Counted from the first letter of the stretch, positions 1-7,383 are shown. The stretch is DNA of 64,000 nucleotides from Chitinophagaceae bacterium (GCA_016721725.1 JADKHN010000001.1:651617-715616), one strand, 5' to 3'. Notes: generated by a model not told the origin, from the letters alone. Made by a program: numbers and translations.

Positions 1-151
1 TTCTTACACATTCCATTTTGTCACCAAATTTGTCAGCTCTAGAAAACCATACTTTTCCTTGTGATAAAAAGTCTTCCAGCCGATGAAAGGGAATAAATTT
101 AAAAAGAAATATTTCTGTAAGGTCTTTTGTATGATATGATTTCCATGGCAT
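1..151 (-). CDS. Partial cassette ORF, hypothetical protein (N-terminus only; runs off the left window edge)
   Basis: ATG at 151-149 lies 21 nt downstream (minus-strand sense) of the AAC...GTT end of repeat copy A. The frame stays open to position 2 and reads MPWKSYHTKDLTEIFLFKFIPFHRLEDFLSQGKVWFSRADKFGDKMECVR. The FSRADKFGD..E stretch faintly resembles DUF2971-type N-termini (weak). It is too short to appear in the ORF track. Confidence 0.35.
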   Translation of the reverse strand, partial: MPWKSYHTKDLTEIFLFKFIPFHRLEDFLSQGKVWFSRADKFGDKMECVR

Positions 152-171
152 AGTGATAGCTCAAAGGGTTG

Positions 172-370
172 CTTATAACGTCAACGGCTTGGCGTCAGGC
201 GGGATATTAGGATTTCGTCTGCCCGGCCGATGTCGCCCTAAGAATATAATTATTTGAAGTTACCAAAAATGCTCAAGAATAAACGGTCCAGCCCCGAGCT
301 ACTGCCTGGCCATGCACAAATGCCGAAGTTACATTGTCAGACCCCGCTTGCGCCAAACCCCTTGTTAGCA
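172..370 (-). repeat. attC-like structured repeat, copy A (about 199 bp)
   Basis: Closely similar by eye to copy C (3260-3457). Arm 186-203 GGCTTGGCGTCAGGCGGG is complementary to arm 342-359 CCCCGCTTGCGCCAAACC, with one unpaired T. Read on the minus strand the ends are TGCTAAC...GTTATAAG. It starts about 25 nt after the stop of ORF 395..808. Confidence 0.6.
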
Positions 371-394
371 GCATGGCATTTTTGTGCCTCGAAT

Positions 395-808
395 TTAGTT
401 TCTGAATTCAAATTTATCGCCCAATTTTTCAGCAATTGATCTTAATAGAGCCCAACCTTTACTTCCTTTATAATAAATTATGTTCTGCATGTTTTTGGGA
501 TTTTGAGTGTAACCCCAATCATCGATTTGCTTCAGTCCATAAATACCCGAAAACGTAACTGTGTTTTTATTAATTACTGCCATTATTCTGCATTGCCCAT
601 TGATATTTGTGAACTCCTTTGAATAAGTTGTAAGCGTGTCGTAATTGTAATTATCCTTAACTATAAAATCATAATTGACCAGAACTATTTTAACTTTTTT
701 ATATAAATCAATACTGTCTGCAACAGTAACAGTGATTTTAGTATCGCCAAATTTCTGGGCTTTGCAAAAAAAAGGGGAAATTAATATTAAGACAAGTAGG
801 TATTTCAT
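395..808 (-). CDS. Hypothetical secreted protein (cassette ORF)
   Basis: 137-aa ORF with an N-terminal signal-like peptide MKYLLVLILISPFFCKAQ. It is AT-rich and followed by repeat copy A. Confidence 0.6.
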   Translation of the reverse strand: MKYLLVLILISPFFCKAQKFGDTKITVTVADSIDLYKKVKIVLVNYDFIVKDNYNYDTLTTYSKEFTNINGQCRIMAVINKNTVTFSGIYGLKQIDDWGYTQNPKNMQNIIYYKGSKGWALLRSIAEKLGDKFEFRN

Positions 809-1035
809 TTTTTAAATTGCAGTAAAATATATCAGTATTAAAAGAGCTTCGTTTGCTTTGTGTCGTCCTGATTCTGGTTGACTCTTTTTTGCGTTATCCA
901 CAGCTGGATAAGTTGACTGTGTACTTCGCATTTAACTTTGTTTACTCATTTGCAGCCTATGCCTTTGTCAAATCTCCCCAGGCAGAGACCTTGCTTCTGT
1001 AAGCTTTCCAAACCCGTTTTAAAGCTCCGGTGCAT

Positions 1036-1836
1036 TCATGTGCCGCATTGGGGGGTAAGCCACTGTACACTTCGGTGGGGCCGATGCTGATTATAAAAAT
1101 CAATGAACTTCCTTATCTCTATTTTTGCTTCTTCAATATTACTAAAATTAATCTGACGATCGTACGTAAACTCCTCCTTGATCGTTCTGTGTATCCGCTC
1201 CGCTACCGCATTTTCCAAAGGGTCGCCGGTTTGTGTCATGCTGATCTGTATTTGCTGTTCCTCCAAGAGTTTTACATACGCATGGCAACAGTATTGCACT
1301 CCCCTGTCGCTGTGATGAATCAAGGGACGGGTGCTATCCTTTCTGCTCCTGATCGCTTGTTTTAAGGCGCTTATACAGCCTTTTACGCTTAAGGTGTCAT
1401 GAACACAATGACCCACTATTTTCCGCGAATACAGGTCGGTAATAATGCTCAGGTAGCAAAACTTGTCCTGGGGCTTTAACCACAGATAAGTAATGTCGGA
1501 CACCCAGATCTCATTAGCATTCAGTGGTTTAGATGATTCAATAAGATTCTTATACCGGTTGAAATGATGGTAACTGCACGTTGTCTTTGTTCGCCAACGT
1601 TTTGACTTGATCAGCAAATGATGGTTTCTGAGCAGATCAAAGAACTTGTCCCTTCCCATTTTTATTTCCCGCGCTTTAAATTCAGGTTGCAGGCTCTGGT
1701 GAAGGTTTCTGCCGCTGCCCCGCTTCCATATTTCCCGTTTCTTTTTGATCAGCCCAACAATGACTTCTTCCTTTAACAAGCTGTCAGCATTTTGATGATG
1801 CTGCTTATAGTAAGCCTGCTTGCTGCGCTTAAACAC
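1036..1836 (-). CDS. IS3-family transposase OrfB (DDE/rve integrase core)
   Basis: DDE-type motifs VWVSDITYL, HHSDRGVQY and ENAVAERIHRTIKEE. The frame is open upstream of the annotated GVG-type start (GTG at 1836) back into the OrfA 3' end, as expected for an OrfAB fusion. Confidence 0.85.
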   Translation of the reverse strand: MFKRSKQAYYKQHHQNADSLLKEEVIVGLIKKKREIWKRGSGRNLHQSLQPEFKAREIKMGRDKFFDLLRNHHLLIKSKRWRTKTTCSYHHFNRYKNLIESSKPLNANEIWVSDITYLWLKPQDKFCYLSIITDLYSRKIVGHCVHDTLSVKGCISALKQAIRSRKDSTRPLIHHSDRGVQYCCHAYVKLLEEQQIQISMTQTGDPLENAVAERIHRTIKEEFTYDRQINFSNIEEAKIEIRKFIDFYNQHRPHRSVQWLTPQCGT

Positions 1837-1846
1837 CTGGCAAAGC

Positions 1847-2277
1847 TCAGTTACTTTTTCTTTTGGCCTTTGCTTTTGGAAGGAGCTGATTGTTGGGCAC
1901 CATACTTTTTACGATGTCAATTTTGAACTTCTTTTCTGCTATCTCAATAGCATGCTGCCACAGGTCGGCCCGAAGTTCAGCCACCCGAAGCAACTCCCGG
2001 AGTTCCTTATTTTCCTCCTCCAGCTTTTTGTCGTGGATGTTCTTTCTCATTTCGGCAAAGTTAGCCACCGGCGTGCTTCTTTTTCACGGCCATGGAGGCC
2101 CCGGCTTTGGTTGATCCAGTAAAGAATGGTGGCATTGCCTTTAATCCCGTAGAGCAGCGAAGCCTGGCGCTTATTGAGTTTGCCACTCAGTACTTCGTCC
2201 ACAATTTTCTGCTTGAATTCCTCCGTGTAGAATAATTGCTGGGATCCCCTTCGGTTAGAGCTCTGTTTTTTACTCAT
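1847..2277 (-). pseudogene. IS3-family OrfA split into two frames (HTH part 2047..2277, leucine-zipper part 1847..2068)
   Basis: The N-terminal part, MSKKQSSNRRGSQQLFYTEEFKQKIVDEVL...ASLLYGIKGNATILYW, is HTH-like. The C-terminal part, KKLEEENKELRELLRVAELRADL, is coiled-coil-like and lies in the -1 frame. The junction is at an A5 run (plus-strand T run 2080-2084). Confidence 0.7.
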
Positions 2278-2347
2278 TTTTTGTCCTGTTTTTGGTTGAC
2301 TTATCCACTTTTTTGGAGTCAACCTATTTCAGGACTATACAGTTTGT

Positions 2348-2540
2348 GGCTAACGGGCAGGCATTTGCGAAGTTGGGGAATTAGAATTCCGTCAGCCTAG
2401 CTGGTGTCGCCCGGAGAATTTGTTATTTGAAGTTACGAAAATGCCGTTGAAGAAACGGTCAGGCCCCGGGCCGCTGCCGATAAACGGACAAAGCCGAAGT
2501 TACATTGTCAGGCCCCAATTTTGCAAATGCCAATGTTGTG
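2348..2540 (-). repeat. attC-like structured repeat, copy B (diverged)
   Basis: Same layout and conserved centre as copies A and C (TGTCGCCC..AGAAT..TTATTTGAAGTTAC..AAAATGC...GCCGAAGTTACATTGTCAGGCCCC). The arms have a different sequence but remain complementary: 2360-2378 GGCATTTGCGAAGTTGGGG versus 2513-2531 CCCCAATTTTGCAAATGCC. The minus-strand ends are CACAAC...GTTAGCC. It begins about 10 nt after the stop of ORF 2550..3236. Confidence 0.6.
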
Positions 2541-2549
2541 TGCAGCCTA

Positions 2550-3236
2550 CTACTTTTTCCTGCTTGCTTCCATTAGTGCAGGACTACCACAAAATACGAC
2601 AGCGCCTATCAAGTCATAATAAACCAATAAAGCGGCAAACACTACGGGTCTTTTATTTTTTTCATCCTTGAAAATTATATTGTTCTCATCAAATGAAAAG
2701 CCTGAAATTAAATATTTGAAAATGCTCGGATGACCAGAATATTTCCAGTTTGGATTTGTTTGTTGCAATAAATCATGAAATATAAAGCCAAGGGTCATTT
2801 GATTATTTTCACAACCATCTGCAACTACATGAATAGAGTAGTCATCGGGAACTAATTCTCCGTGCTCGTTAAAAAATATTCCTTTGAAGTTTTTGGTGTG
2901 AATATCTAGAGCATTCTTTAGTTTGAAGGTTACACTTTCAACTTGTCCGTGTTGATCGAAATTCAACCTGTTAAATGCTTTTTGTTTAAACAACCCTCGT
3001 ACAGTTTTTTCGCTTATTATTTGGTTTTCTATTAAACTCTCATTGGAAATTCCTATCATGTCTCTTATCTCACTGTCAATTGTAGAAAATTTGTTGTTGC
3101 ATTCGAAACAAGCCGGAACAGTCAATAAGTTTTGCTTATACTCATTTGGTTGCCCCGCGTATAGGTTTTTAGCTGGAATGTGTTCAGACGTTTTGCTTTC
3201 ATCTGTCAGTGTTACGCCGCAGTTATAACATATCAT
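2550..3236 (-). CDS. HNH (His-Me finger) motif protein with an uncharacterised C-terminal domain (cassette ORF)
   Basis: MICYNCGVTLTDESKTSEHIPAKNLY...NLLTVPACFECNNKFS fits CxxC...H...N...CxxCN. I moved the start to the ATG at 3236, because the track start at 3272 is a TTG inside repeat copy C. Confidence 0.65.
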   Translation of the reverse strand: MICYNCGVTLTDESKTSEHIPAKNLYAGQPNEYKQNLLTVPACFECNNKFSTIDSEIRDMIGISNESLIENQIISEKTVRGLFKQKAFNRLNFDQHGQVESVTFKLKNALDIHTKNFKGIFFNEHGELVPDDYSIHVVADGCENNQMTLGFIFHDLLQQTNPNWKYSGHPSIFKYLISGFSFDENNIIFKDEKNKRPVVFAALLVYYDLIGAVVFCGSPALMEASRKK

Positions 3237-3259
3237 AGTGAGAAGGGGTTTTATGGTTG

Positions 3260-3457
3260 CATACAACGTCAAGGGCTTGGCGTCAGGCGGGATATTAGGA
3301 TTACGTCTGCCCGGCCGATGTCGCCCTTAGAATTTAGTTATTTGAAGTTACCAAAAATGCTCAAGAATAAACGGTCCAGCCCCGAGCCACCGCCTGGCCA
3401 TGCACAAATGCTGAAGTTAGATTGTCAGGCCCCGCTTGCGCCAAACCCATGTTAACC
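3260..3457 (-). repeat. attC-like structured repeat, copy C
   Basis: Arms 3274-3291 and 3430-3447 are identical to those of copy A. The minus-strand ends are GGTTAAC...GTTGTATG. The TAA stop of ORF 3452..4018 lies inside the GGTTAAC box. Confidence 0.6.
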
Positions 3458-4018
3458 GCCGTATTTATTGTCTATGATGGTTAATCGATTAGTTTTCTTA
3501 AGGCATTCTATTAATTGCCTAGAATTTCGTGGGTCTGACCCTTTGAACCCATATTGAAAGCTAATTTCATTTTGACTTACAAAGGCATTTACTCCTAAAG
3601 GAGCTAAGGAAACATGCTTATCTATGAAGCACCCTCCGTAAACTATCTGACCATTTATAACCAAGGCAAATTGTCTAACTTGACGTACAGGTAAGTTTAG
3701 CATTTCCATCCTTTTTTCCACTGAAATTCCATATTCAGCCACATGAATTTGCTTTGAATGCCTTTTTGAACCTTTGTTGTTCATAGAGTACTTTTCAATT
3801 GTGTATGAAACAAGTTCAGAGTTTTTAATAAAGGCAGTGTCCTCAAGATCTGAGAGAATCGGCATAAATGAAACTGGCCTCTTAGAAACAGGGTCAAACA
3901 TAGGGTAGCTTTTTTTAAGAAGGTAAATTTCAATGCTGCAATCAAAAGAGCCCTTTATTTGAGAATATGAAACATGGGTAGAAAATAAGAGTACTATTAT
4001 TGCGAAAAGCTTAGGCAT
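3452..4018 (-). CDS. Hypothetical secreted protein (cassette ORF)
   Basis: 188-aa ORF with signal-like N-terminus MPKLFAIIVLLFSTHVSYSQ. It is AT-rich and its stop is embedded in repeat copy C. Confidence 0.6.
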   Translation of the reverse strand: MPKLFAIIVLLFSTHVSYSQIKGSFDCSIEIYLLKKSYPMFDPVSKRPVSFMPILSDLEDTAFIKNSELVSYTIEKYSMNNKGSKRHSKQIHVAEYGISVEKRMEMLNLPVRQVRQFALVINGQIVYGGCFIDKHVSLAPLGVNAFVSQNEISFQYGFKGSDPRNSRQLIECLKKTNRLTIIDNKYGG

Positions 4019-4058
4019 TTGTCAATAGGTTAGGAAATGGGAGCTGCCAAAATATGGC

Positions 4059-4137
4059 GGTTAACTCTTTAATAGACGCTGAATAGGATTGCCCCAAAGC
4101 TGCGTCTATTTGGGTATCGGTTTGATAACGATTGATC
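4059..4137 (-). repeat. Possible short, divergent attC-like hairpin at the array boundary
   Basis: GGTTAAC at 4059-4065 is followed by a perfect 9-bp inverted repeat, AATAGACGC (4071-4079) and GCGTCTATT (4113-4121), then GTTTGAT. It lies 41 nt upstream of the ATG of ORF 3452..4018. Confidence 0.3.
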
Positions 4138-4315
4138 TATATAAATATACGTAATTGAAAAGAGGGGCAAACAATTTCAAATACGCAATCCAGGAGCCTC
4201 CCTGTTTTTCACCCGGTCCCCAATATCATACCAGCCCCCACCCCCTTCACCGGGTTGATCAACTCATTCCTTACCGGCTCTCCGAACTGTATCCCGCTGG
4301 ATAAGACCGCAAAGA

Positions 4316-4678
4316 CTACGGTAGTCTGCTTCCCCCCTTCCCCTCCAGCCGGTCACATTCCTGAACGCTCCCCAGCCTGAATTTAAAGGGCAACCCGGTC
4401 TTTTTTTCAAACCGGATCTCCTGGCGGCAGAAAAAACCCAGGTTGGACGAATAAAAATTGGCGGGAAGCAGGGTGATCAATGAAAATGGCCGTTGAAAGC
4501 AGGCGGTATCGGTCCTGGGTTTCTTCGCATATTTTTTCAGGTCGATCGGCCGGCAACTGCGCTCAAAGCCACTGTCAGCAGGGAAATACCTCACCCGGGA
4601 TGGCGTTTTAGGTTGACCAAAAGCGGCGTTCCCCACAAAAATCATGCAGAAAATCAAAAATTTAGCTTTTTGCTTCAC
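4316..4678 (-). CDS. Hypothetical small secreted protein
   Basis: 120-aa ORF with signal-like N-terminus MKQKAKFLIFCMIFVGNAAFGQ. It overlaps a plus-strand ORF with no recognisable features. Confidence 0.4.
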   Translation of the reverse strand: MKQKAKFLIFCMIFVGNAAFGQPKTPSRVRYFPADSGFERSCRPIDLKKYAKKPRTDTACFQRPFSLITLLPANFYSSNLGFFCRQEIRFEKKTGLPFKFRLGSVQECDRLEGKGGSRLP

Positions 4679-4783
4679 TTTCCAAGGGGGTTTAGCTGTA
4701 AATTTACGCCGGGTCCGGCCTTAAAGTTACTGTTTTTGACTGGACCCGAAGTACTAAAAACCGGCAACATACCCCAATAAAAC

Positions 4784-6271
4784 ATGGCCTTAAGTCAGGG
4801 ACTATACCAAAAGCAACTCCAGAAACTGTCTCCCCAGCAGATCCAGCTGATGAAACTGTTGCAGGTGCCTACGGCCATACTGGAAGAGCGCATCAAGGAG
4901 GAAATGGAGGAAAACCCGGCCCTGGAACTGGATGAAGAAGGGCATGAGGACGAATATGATGAATCGAAGGATGAATTCAAGGAAGACGAGACCGAGGATT
5001 TTGAAGCGGACGGCAGCGAGGATGAATATGAGAACATCGACATCAGCGAATACGTGAGCGAAGGTGACGACGACGTGGGCGACTATAAGCTCCGGGACGA
5101 GAACTATCCCGAGATCGACGACAGCCGCGTCATCCCCCACAAGGTGGAGACGGGCTTCAACGAACTGATGATGGAGCAGCTGGGACAACTCAACCTGGAC
5201 GAACACCAGCAACAGGTGGCTGAACAGATCATCGGCAACCTCGACGACGATGGGTACCTGCGCCGCGACATTTCTTCTATCGTAGATGACATGGCCTTCC
5301 GGCAGAACATCATCACCTCCGAACAGGAGATCGGCCAGCTCGTCTTGCAGATCCAGCAATTCGACCCTCCCGGCATCTGCGCCCGCAACCTGCAGGAATG
5401 CCTGTTGTTACAACTGGAACGGAAATCGGATGAAGGGGCCCATGTGGAAATGGCCATCAAGGTGATGGAGAAATATTTCGATGAGTTCACCAAGAAGCAT
5501 TACGAGAAGATCCAGCGCGGCCTCAACCTCTCTGATGATCAGCTGAAAGAGGTCATCAACCAGATCATCAAACTCAATCCTAAACCCGGAGGCACGATCG
5601 GCGAAACGGGCAAGAATGAGAACTATGTGGTGCCCGATTTCTTCATATTCAACAATGCCGGCAAGCTGGAACTCACCCTGAATTCCAAGAACGCCCCCGA
5701 CCTGCGCATCAGCGAAGGCTACCGCGACATGCTGAAAGAATACGACCGCGGCAGCAAGAAGGATAAACGCCAAAAAGAGGCCGTGCTCTTCATCAAGCAA
5801 AAGATCGACGCGGCCAAATGGTTCATCGACGCCATCAAGCAAAGACAGAACACCCTGCTCAATACCATGGAAGCCATCATGAATTACCAGCGTGAGTTCT
5901 TCGTCACCGGCGATGAGACCACCCTGCGGCCCATGATCCTCAAATACATCGCGGAAGCCACCAACCTCGACATCTCAACGGTGAGCCGGGTGGCCAACAG
6001 CAAGTTCGTCCAGACGGAATTCGGCACCTACCGGCTCAAGTTCTTCTTCAGTGAAAGTCTGCAGACCGACAGCGGCGAGGAAGTGAGCACCCGGGAGGTG
6101 AAAAAGATCCTGAGCGATCTGATCGAAGCGGAAAGCAAGAAGCATCCGCTGAGCGACGAGCGGCTGACCGAGCTTTTACAGGAAAAAGGGTATAATATTG
6201 CCCGCAGGACCGTGGCCAAATACCGGGAACAACTGAATGTGCCCGTGGCGAGGCTGAGGAAAGAATTATAA
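4784..6271 (+). CDS. rpoN: RNA polymerase sigma-54 factor
   Basis: Gln-rich N-terminus (QKQLQKLSPQQIQLMKLLQ), an acidic linker and the C-terminal RpoN box IARRTVAKYREQL. Length is 495 aa. Confidence 0.95.
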   Translation: MALSQGLYQKQLQKLSPQQIQLMKLLQVPTAILEERIKEEMEENPALELDEEGHEDEYDESKDEFKEDETEDFEADGSEDEYENIDISEYVSEGDDDVGDYKLRDENYPEIDDSRVIPHKVETGFNELMMEQLGQLNLDEHQQQVAEQIIGNLDDDGYLRRDISSIVDDMAFRQNIITSEQEIGQLVLQIQQFDPPGICARNLQECLLLQLERKSDEGAHVEMAIKVMEKYFDEFTKKHYEKIQRGLNLSDDQLKEVINQIIKLNPKPGGTIGETGKNENYVVPDFFIFNNAGKLELTLNSKNAPDLRISEGYRDMLKEYDRGSKKDKRQKEAVLFIKQKIDAAKWFIDAIKQRQNTLLNTMEAIMNYQREFFVTGDETTLRPMILKYIAEATNLDISTVSRVANSKFVQTEFGTYRLKFFFSESLQTDSGEEVSTREVKKILSDLIEAESKKHPLSDERLTELLQEKGYNIARRTVAKYREQLNVPVARLRKEL

Positions 6272-6354
6272 AATTAATTGCTCCCTTTATTAAAGAGAGT
6301 TCTGAATTATAGAACGCTTCGTTTCAGGGAACTGAATTTGAGTTTACAGTAGCA

Positions 6355-6477
6355 TCCCGAAAGCTTTCGGGACTTAATCAGGGCTCCCCCGGTCCCGATA
6401 GCTATCGGGAGCGGTAATGATTGCCGGGTGTCTTTTTTGCCTGCCCCGAGAAAGACACATGAGGGCAGGCTCGGGGG
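6355..6477. repeat. Cluster of GC-rich palindromes downstream of rpoN (terminator/REP-like)
   Basis: Perfect palindromes TCCCGAAAGCTTTCGGGA (6355-6372) and TCCCGATAGCTATCGGGA (6393-6410). Further paired segments are GTGTCTTT/AAAGACAC and GCCTGCC/GGCAGGC. Confidence 0.6.
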
Positions 6478-6552
6478 ACAAGCAAAAAAGAACAAAAGAA
6501 ATAAGAATTGTTACTTAGAATTTTAATCGCTCGATATAATTTAACCTTTTCA

Positions 6553-7224
6553 ATGCAGGCTTCCATTCAAAAAGATCAGGCACCCTCCGGCAAAAAACCT
6601 TTGTTGCTGCGCTTGCTTGCCCATTTCTTCTCCTACCTCTTCCACCCGCTCTTCATTCCCGTTTATGTACTCTTGTTCCTGCTCCGGTTCCACCCTTCTT
6701 ATTTCTCCGGATTCGGCGAAGACGACCGGTTCAAACTATTACTCACCACCATCCTGAATACCGTCTTCTTCCCGGCCTTTTCCATCTTGCTGATGAAGGG
6801 ACTGGGTTTCATTCAATCGGTCCTGCTGCCCACACAAAAAGAAAGGATCGCTCCGTACCTGACTGCGATGATCTTTTATTTCTGGGCGGCCTGGGTCTAT
6901 TTTAAATTCAATCCGCAACCCGATGTTGCGCTGGCTTCTTTCATGACCGGCGTCTTCCTCACCACCGTGGCGGCCTTACTGCTCAATATCTATTTCAAGA
7001 TCAGCATGCACGCCATGGGCGTAGGCGGACTGGTGGGCTTCTTCCTCATCGTCATGAAAAGCAATTCGATGCTGATGACCTGGCCGCTTTCCCTGGCTTT
7101 TTTGATCGCAGGACTGGTCTGCACCTCCCGGATGATCGTGAGCGATCATGAACCCAGGGATATCTATGCGGGATTTTTTGTGGGAATGGGCTGCCAGTTC
7201 GTGGCGGCGGTGGTGATAATGTAA
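6553..7224 (+). CDS. PAP2-superfamily-like integral membrane phosphatase
   Basis: Multi-TM protein. SMHAMG resembles the PSGH motif, and TSRMIVSDHEPRDIYAG fits SRxxxxxHxxxD. I placed the start at the first ATG (6553) rather than the TTG at 6508. Confidence 0.55.
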   Translation: MQASIQKDQAPSGKKPLLLRLLAHFFSYLFHPLFIPVYVLLFLLRFHPSYFSGFGEDDRFKLLLTTILNTVFFPAFSILLMKGLGFIQSVLLPTQKERIAPYLTAMIFYFWAAWVYFKFNPQPDVALASFMTGVFLTTVAALLLNIYFKISMHAMGVGGLVGFFLIVMKSNSMLMTWPLSLAFLIAGLVCTSRMIVSDHEPRDIYAGFFVGMGCQFVAAVVIM

Positions 7225-7225
7225 A

Positions 7226-7382
7226 GGCCGGCCCCCTCCATCTCCCCCGAAGGGGGAGGGAAAGCCCCCTCCAAACCTCCCCCGAAGGGGGAGGCTTCAG
7301 AGAGCAAAATACTTTTAAAGAGGTTTCAATTTCGTAGAGTCTTCGGACCCTCCCCCTTCGGGGGAGATGGAGGGGGCTGGCC
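7226..7382. repeat. Composite GC-rich palindromic element (three ~30-bp units, two direct and one inverted)
   Basis: The unit is GCCCCCTCCA..CTCCCCCGAAGGGGGAG, at about 7230 and about 7264 (direct) and 7348-7382 (inverted). The outer 33-bp arms 7226-7258 and 7348-7382 are complementary with one mismatch. Confidence 0.8.
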
Positions 7383-7383
7383 T

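Larger units (their letters stand above)
859..2341 (-). mobile_element. IS3-family insertion sequence (about 1.48 kb)
   Basis: Imperfect terminal inverted repeats with TG...CA ends. Left end 859 is TGTGTCGTCCTGATTCTGGTTGACTC. The reverse complement of the right end (2341) is TGTATAGTCCTGAAATAGGTTGACTC, about 20/27 matched. Inside are an HTH and leucine-zipper OrfA and a DDE (rve) OrfB. Confidence 0.85.

Noticed and set aside
254-439. Small plus-strand ORFs running through the attC-like repeats (254-439, 2420-2671, 3180-3455), which share a peptide such as LKLPKMLKNKRSSPE.
   Set aside because: The similarity follows DNA repeat identity. Copy B loses the frame through indels after about 17 codons. 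The ORFs have no consistent start or end, so they look like by-products of the repeat rather than genes.
3237-3272. N-terminal extension of the HNH ORF (track start at 3272).
   Set aside because: It starts at a TTG inside repeat copy C (the GTTGTATG box). The ATG at 3236 gives a start at MICYNCG, directly at the HNH motif, and leaves a cassette-like leader.
4020-4783. A search for an integron integrase (intI) or attI next to the cassette array.
   Set aside because: No ORF with tyrosine-recombinase motifs (R..HxxR..Y) exists in this interval or anywhere else in the window. The array is therefore reported as integrase-less, not as a complete integron.
6508-6552. Upstream TTG start for the PAP2-like gene.
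   Set aside because: The extension adds 15 non-hydrophobic residues and overlaps the palindrome-rich rpoN terminator region. The first ATG at 6553 is more plausible.
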